A DNA stretch of 20,000 bases, from positions 44,585-64,584 of the IMG/VR virus record IMGVR_UViG_2061766007_000957; one strand, 5' to 3'. Under the pieces are notes generated by a model, which was not told where the DNA came from, searched no databases, and worked only from the letters and a program-made list of their open reading frames with translations. Positions 15,266 through 20,000 of the stretch are shown piece by piece. A program made the position numbers and the translations under genes. How positions within the stretch are numbered: position 1 is the stretch's first letter; every line of letters starts with the position of its first letter. Source of the DNA: an uncultured virus (IMG/VR IMGVR_UViG_2061766007_000957) (lineage: Duplodnaviria > Heunggongvirae > Uroviricota > Caudoviricetes).

Positions 15266-16435
15266 TTAATCCGTTGTCTTGGTGTACTGAATGGTTATCC
15301 AATAATCAGTCGAACTGTTTGAAGAACTTCTCCACTCTATATTTTCGTCATAATAAAAAACATCATACATAGATGATTGACTTTGATAATACGGTATAGA
15401 GAATTGATATCCTGAAACAACTACATTACCTCTAATATTTATAAAATGCTCCGGCGATAAACTAGATACTGAAAATAAACTTGTTGATGTTGATGCAACT
15501 GTTCCCGAAAAAGTTTTCTGATAAATGGGTTTTCCATCAATCCATTTACCAACAACTTGCTCACCTGTCGAATATTCTTGGAAATTATCTCTCGCGACCG
15601 GTAATGGAGTAATAACATCATTCATATCTGCCGCGGTCATCTTATCTGTAGAATCCTGATAAGCAGTTGTATCAATAGTACCATCATTTTTAATAAGACC
15701 GGCCGTGGAAGATTTCTGCGGATAATTTGATAAATCAACAAACCCCGAAAGTAAATCAAATTTATAAGTAGAACTACCAATATCAACAACGGCTACATTA
15801 TCACCGACGTTAATTGTCTTGCCTGCGCCACCTACAAAGTCAGCAGTTGTTGTCCCGCTATCAGTTACATTATAAACATTGCCAAGATTGCTAGCAATTA
15901 AAAGACTTGAAGTAAGCTGGGCAACTGTCTTATCTCCGCTTGGTTTATATACACTTGAAAGGGCCGCATCAATAGCAGTCTTTACCGCTCCACTTTCAAC
16001 AAGTGCTGTAGACCCATCTGTCACCGCATTTGTGCTATTCTTAGCAGCTGCGGTTCCTAGTGTAGGCTTATTTTTGATATAATCTAATTTTGTATTATCT
16101 GACTGATCATAATCTGACTGGATCTGAGCGGCTGGAATGTCGCTTGCAGTCGCCAGCTTATTTGATGATGTTGCTCCTGAAGGAATAACTCCTTCAATAG
16201 CAGTCACCCTTCCTGATAATGCAGTATCATCATATACAGTATCTGTGAATACTGCATTCGCCGGTACATCTTTTGCAACGGTATGATTATTTACTTTTTC
16301 TGCATTATCAACAATGCCATTATTGTCCGTATCATAAACGGACTTTTTCATGTCGCCATCGCCACTTCCTCCACCACCGGAGCCAGCTAATGCAGATGCT
16401 AATGCAATTACTTCAGCTTCTGTTACTGCTTTCAT
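15266..16435 (-). CDS. Tail fibre-like protein
   Basis: GDMKKSVYDTDNNGIVDNAE, VPANAVFTDT, QSDYDQ...DYIKNKP and YSTGEQVVGKWIDGKPIYQKT motifs; Ala/Thr/Ser/Gly-rich. Confidence 0.75.
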   Translation of the reverse strand: MKAVTEAEVIALASALAGSGGGGSGDGDMKKSVYDTDNNGIVDNAEKVNNHTVAKDVPANAVFTDTVYDDTALSGRVTAIEGVIPSGATSSNKLATASDIPAAQIQSDYDQSDNTKLDYIKNKPTLGTAAAKNSTNAVTDGSTALVESGAVKTAIDAALSSVYKPSGDKTVAQLTSSLLIASNLGNVYNVTDSGTTTADFVGGAGKTINVGDNVAVVDIGSSTYKFDLLSGFVDLSNYPQKSSTAGLIKNDGTIDTTAYQDSTDKMTAADMNDVITPLPVARDNFQEYSTGEQVVGKWIDGKPIYQKTFSGTVASTSTSLFSVSSLSPEHFINIRGNVVVSGYQFSIPYYQSQSSMYDVFYYDENIEWRSSSNSSTDYWITIQYTKTTD

Positions 16436-16456
16436 ATGTTTAATCTCCCTTCATCG

Positions 16457-16681
16457 TTATTTCCATACCCATGTATGCGAGCTGTTAAGACAACCGACAT
16501 CAAATGCGGCAGTTCTTACAATAGAACCAGCATCTAAATCAACATCGTCCCACATCCCTTCAACATCTTCGCCGGTAATGGAATTTGTCACTTCAGATTT
16601 TGTATCTGCATAAAGAGATACCATCTGAGCTTTCTTCCCTCCTGTTTGAGATTCTCCTAAGACGCTTAACAGTTTTATCAT
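16457..16681 (-). CDS. Small hypothetical tail-region protein
   Basis: 74 aa, RBS AAAGGAGGAG. Confidence 0.75.
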   Translation of the reverse strand: MIKLLSVLGESQTGGKKAQMVSLYADTKSEVTNSITGEDVEGMWDDVDLDAGSIVRTAAFDVGCLNSSHTWVWK

Positions 16682-16779
16682 TTTCTATCTCCTCCTTTCA
16701 TAATGCCCTTTATGATGAAAAATAATAATATCAATTCAAGTATGCACCCTATTGTTAAAACAATATACATATCAATCAT
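16678..16779 (-). CDS. 33-aa single-TM peptide
   Basis: MIDMYIVLTIGCILELILLFFIIKGIMKGGDRK; RBS GGGAGA; ATGA overlap with the next gene. Confidence 0.6.
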   Translation of the reverse strand: MIDMYIVLTIGCILELILLFFIIKGIMKGGDRK

Positions 16780-16792
16780 AAAAATTCTCCCA

Positions 16793-17473
16793 TTATTCTC
16801 CAATAGCAATCCACCACGCTGATTTCACGGCACAGTTTGCATTATTATTTGTTGTGATCGAAACCGAACCACCATTTATATTTAGAGTTGCTATATAAAC
16901 AGCTGTTCCAGCAGTACCAAGAGGTTTATCGATATAGCTACCTGCGGTGGAACCATTATTATAAAATCCTTGATAATTAGTTGAGGATACATCGTAATTA
17001 TACTGGCCCGAGCAGCGTATATTTGCATTTCCTTTGGACCCATTGTAAAAAATATAAAATCTTTTGATGCTGGTTAAACCGGTATTGAAAGAAGTTCCGG
17101 TATTTGCACCTTCAATATCTGGGCAAGTACCGTACGCGCCTGCTGTAGGTGGTGATTGATATAAATATCCACCGGAAACACTCAAGTTATACATTTTGCC
17201 TATTGATAACCAAGGTGGGTTAGAGCTGGATGGAGTTACAGTTTCATAATTATCAATAATATATCCGCCATTTCCGGTTATTCTATATATATAGCCAGCA
17301 TATACAGGTGATTGAGTGGGGTTTGACGTTGGCGTATGTTCAATATAATCCTTAATTGCATATCCGGCCTCTGTCGGTTCATATATTTGTCCGCTTATCA
17401 TATAAACAGGCTGATTTGAAGGAGTAATTGGTGCTGGTGTAACGCCACCGCCGGTACATCTATACATTGGCAT
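16793..17473 (-). CDS. Tail-associated protein with three ~30-aa internal repeats
   Basis: Units TPSN...GQIY...GYAI / TPTSN...GYIY...GGYII / TPSSSN...GKMY...GGYLY; RBS AAAGGAGG. Confidence 0.7.
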   Translation of the reverse strand: MPMYRCTGGGVTPAPITPSNQPVYMISGQIYEPTEAGYAIKDYIEHTPTSNPTQSPVYAGYIYRITGNGGYIIDNYETVTPSSSNPPWLSIGKMYNLSVSGGYLYQSPPTAGAYGTCPDIEGANTGTSFNTGLTSIKRFYIFYNGSKGNANIRCSGQYNYDVSSTNYQGFYNNGSTAGSYIDKPLGTAGTAVYIATLNINGGSVSITTNNNANCAVKSAWWIAIGE

Positions 17474-17488
17474 ATTTCTTACCTCCTT

Positions 17489-19342
17489 TTATTTTATCTC
17501 GATTCCACAAGTCGTTACATTATCAGAAGTTTTGAACTTAACATTCATAGATCCATTTGATGTAGATACGCTTGTAGGCGCAACTCCGAACACGTTACAA
17601 TAATAATCGTATCTCCCGGTTGTTGTTATTCTTGCATCTGTAAAAGCGAATGTTCTTGTCCCACTTGAATCCGTATATGTTGATTTTTCAATATAATCTG
17701 GTAGAGCATCCGTCAACTGCTTGTTGGTCATTGCATACGGCGCATAAGTGCTATCAGGGTCACTCGCAAGGCGTAGCATCGGCTTTAATGTGATACCGCT
17801 TGCGTTCGTACCATTTGTAACAACAATAGACAGATTCCATACGGCACTTGTTATATCGGGGAATACAAAAGTGTTTCCACTACCGTTATCTTGATATACG
17901 TCACCGTCACGAATCCATAGTTGAACACGAATGTTACCCGACAAACCACCCGTCAATGTGACACGTTTGCCTTTCAGCCTATTAGAAAAGCCAGAGTTGG
18001 TATCATTTGAACGGAAGGTATAAACCGCATTTGCCCCACTAGCAGTACCACTCATGCTAATCGTTCCGTCTGAATTAGCAGTAAAAGTAACACCAGCCGT
18101 GTCAACTTTTGTATCACCGTCTTGATACGGATAAACAAGTAAATTCTTTGCCCCTAAAACCGCCTGTTCACTTCGGTCAAACTTGCTATCTTTGACCGGA
18201 ACGTAATAAGGCTCATATGTTGGGTCAGTTTCGGTGGAAAGGCGTAGCATCGGCTTGAACAGAAGGTTGCTTGCGTTGTAGCCGTTGTTTATTCTAATTT
18301 CAACAGAAAGTGCCGTTGAAGAATCCGCTGGAATGTCAACACCTTCGCCGTAATCATATATGTCACTTCCCGACATACGCCATTTAAGCGAATAGCCATT
18401 TGAAGAACCGCCAGCCGGACAACCACTCATGATTAAGTCACGATTTCCCGTTGTTACATTTGTTGCAATGGGCAATACTGTTGTCGCACTTGCAGTTCCA
18501 TTTACAAGAACAGAACCGTCAGCATTTACAGTAAACGTTACGTCATTGATAACCTGCGAATACGCAACGTTTTTAAGTAAATTCTTCCCTTCAACAACTT
18601 CCGCATCCCGGAAAGTCTGCTTGACCGTTTCGTGGTAAGGCTCATAGGTCGAATCGGATATATCGCCATGACGTAGCATAGGGTAAATCTTTACATTGCT
18701 TACCTGCTTATCTTTTGCTATTCTTATGCGAACAATGATCGCGGTATCTGCTGATAAGGTAAAGGATTTTGACGTACCGCTTTCAACCCTATACAGTTCG
18801 TTATAACTTGTATCAAGTATTTGTATGCAACCAAACGTAGATGCGTCTGCGCCTTGCGAAAGAATGTAATCTCCGGCTTTAAGCGTAAACGTATTCAGTT
18901 CCAAAAAGGCATTTGCGCTTGCCGTACCGTTCGCATTAACAGTTCCGTCTGCGTTTACCGTGTACGTTATATCGCTTTTAACTGCTGATTCCGCTTTGTT
19001 TTCAAGAAGGTTCTTCCCCGTCCATCCAACAGTATCTCTAATCAAATCTTCATCGGCTCCGCCACCACCACCTGACTGATTGACCCATGTAACATCGTAA
19101 TCAGTAGCAGATGCTTTTGCCAGCACTTGATTAGCGGATCCTCCTGAAGGAAGTCCATGAGCTGTTGCATCTTCAGCTAATACCGTCCATGTAGCACCTT
19201 CGCTGGGCGTAACATCGATCACGTTATCTTGCTTGCAAACCCAAGACTTGCCATTGTAGCGCACCCAATCAAGATGCGAATAAGTTGTACCTGCGCTATA
19301 AGTGCCTTTCGGCATTAAAACAACTTTTCCGATTGATTCCAT
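17489..19342 (-). CDS. Receptor-binding/tail fibre protein with N-terminal CBM5/12-like module and three carbohydrate-binding-like repeats
   Basis: KGTYSAGTTY...DWVRYNGKSWVCK; three copies of KNLL...TFT(V/A)N.DG....GTAS...PMLR...D.TY.PY. Confidence 0.8.
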   Translation of the reverse strand: MESIGKVVLMPKGTYSAGTTYSHLDWVRYNGKSWVCKQDNVIDVTPSEGATWTVLAEDATAHGLPSGGSANQVLAKASATDYDVTWVNQSGGGGGADEDLIRDTVGWTGKNLLENKAESAVKSDITYTVNADGTVNANGTASANAFLELNTFTLKAGDYILSQGADASTFGCIQILDTSYNELYRVESGTSKSFTLSADTAIIVRIRIAKDKQVSNVKIYPMLRHGDISDSTYEPYHETVKQTFRDAEVVEGKNLLKNVAYSQVINDVTFTVNADGSVLVNGTASATTVLPIATNVTTGNRDLIMSGCPAGGSSNGYSLKWRMSGSDIYDYGEGVDIPADSSTALSVEIRINNGYNASNLLFKPMLRLSTETDPTYEPYYVPVKDSKFDRSEQAVLGAKNLLVYPYQDGDTKVDTAGVTFTANSDGTISMSGTASGANAVYTFRSNDTNSGFSNRLKGKRVTLTGGLSGNIRVQLWIRDGDVYQDNGSGNTFVFPDITSAVWNLSIVVTNGTNASGITLKPMLRLASDPDSTYAPYAMTNKQLTDALPDYIEKSTYTDSSGTRTFAFTDARITTTGRYDYYCNVFGVAPTSVSTSNGSMNVKFKTSDNVTTCGIEIK

Positions 19343-19364
19343 GCTTTTGTTCTCCTAAACAAAA

Positions 19365-20000
19365 TTAAAGATTCCAAATTTTGCAATAAAAATTGATCTG
19401 CAAGTTACTTTTCTTGTATGAGGCACTTCCGTTAGATTCTCTTATTTTCATATCCAAAACAGGTATTCCGTAATAAATGTATGTACCCGTATCATATCTT
19501 TGCGGAACGCCCATTGCCGTCAATGAAGAACAGTTTACCTCGCTACTCTGCGGGGTACAGTAATAATTTAACAAAAATTCTTGTTCTGCTTGTGAATATG
19601 TATGACCGAAAATCTTTGCGAAATTAGATACTGATGCTGGCGGCGCATCTGTTAAAGCTATGAGATAATTCCTTGAATAAACATGAATAATATCACCAGC
19701 CGAACCGCTTTCGCTAGTTCCGCTATCCGATGAACCACCTTCTATTACATCCCCAAAGATAATAGGACTAATCACGTTATTTTCCCACTTGCCGGATGTT
19801 GAATTGTAAAGCAAAATCTGTCCGTTTGAAGGACTACTGACAGTAACATCACTTAAAGACGAAAGGCTGGTAGCACCGCCACCGTCTTGTACTATCATCA
19901 TCCAATATGTGCCCTCAGACGGCGTAATGTTTGTAATGCCGTCAACTTTACACATCCACGACTTACCGTCATAGCGTACAATATCCAAACTATTATATGT
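19365..20000 (-). CDS. Tail fibre-like protein, 5' end outside the window
   Basis: Frame is open to the edge (TYNSLDIVRYDGKSWMCK); same CBM-like module as the next gene; LSDVTVSSPSNGQILLYNSTSGKWEN motif. Confidence 0.75.
   Translation of the reverse strand, partial: TYNSLDIVRYDGKSWMCKVDGITNITPSEGTYWMMIVQDGGGATSLSSLSDVTVSSPSNGQILLYNSTSGKWENNVISPIIFGDVIEGGSSDSGTSESGSAGDIIHVYSRNYLIALTDAPPASVSNFAKIFGHTYSQAEQEFLLNYYCTPQSSEVNCSSLTAMGVPQRYDTGTYIYYGIPVLDMKIRESNGSASYKKSNLQINFYCKIWNL

Noticed and set aside
14817..15580. DGR template/variable repeat pair in the paralogous tail domains
   Set aside because: Differences are not adenine-specific, identity is low and no reverse transcriptase is present in the window.
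2588..18638. All plus-strand ORFs in the track
   Set aside because: They are antisense shadows of well-supported minus-strand genes or regulatory regions, with no recognisable motifs.

Overview
A 20-kb segment of a tailed dsDNA phage or prophage. The host is probably a Clostridia/Lachnospiraceae-type Firmicute, inferred from GGAGG ribosome-binding sites (RBS), sigmaA-type promoters and the protein families. Every credible gene is on the minus strand. In transcription order (right to left): (1) tail-fibre/receptor-binding genes with carbohydrate-binding-like repeats, two tiny membrane peptides, a stand-alone GerE/LuxR-like HTH protein and a holin-like protein; (2) a terminator-bounded 7-8 gene cassette of unknown function with spore-coat/exosporium-like hallmarks (Gln/Met-rich proteins, a Gly-rich/TM/Cys-cluster protein, a BclA-C/C1q-like protein and a ferritin-like protein); (3) an early/replication region with a HARP-SNF2 helicase, an HTH protein, an iteron-containing initiator, DnaC-like loader, DnaB helicase, primase, gp32-like SSB, tRNA-Ile(UAU) and a family A DNA polymerase truncated by the window edge. 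Notable non-coding signals are a kissing-loop/attenuator leader before the initiator, an identical 18-bp operator in two promoters and a hairpin with a palindromic loop in the cassette. The helicase and SSB also share a SNEDV[F/Y] C-terminal tail. All function calls come from motif recognition by eye; no database searches were run.
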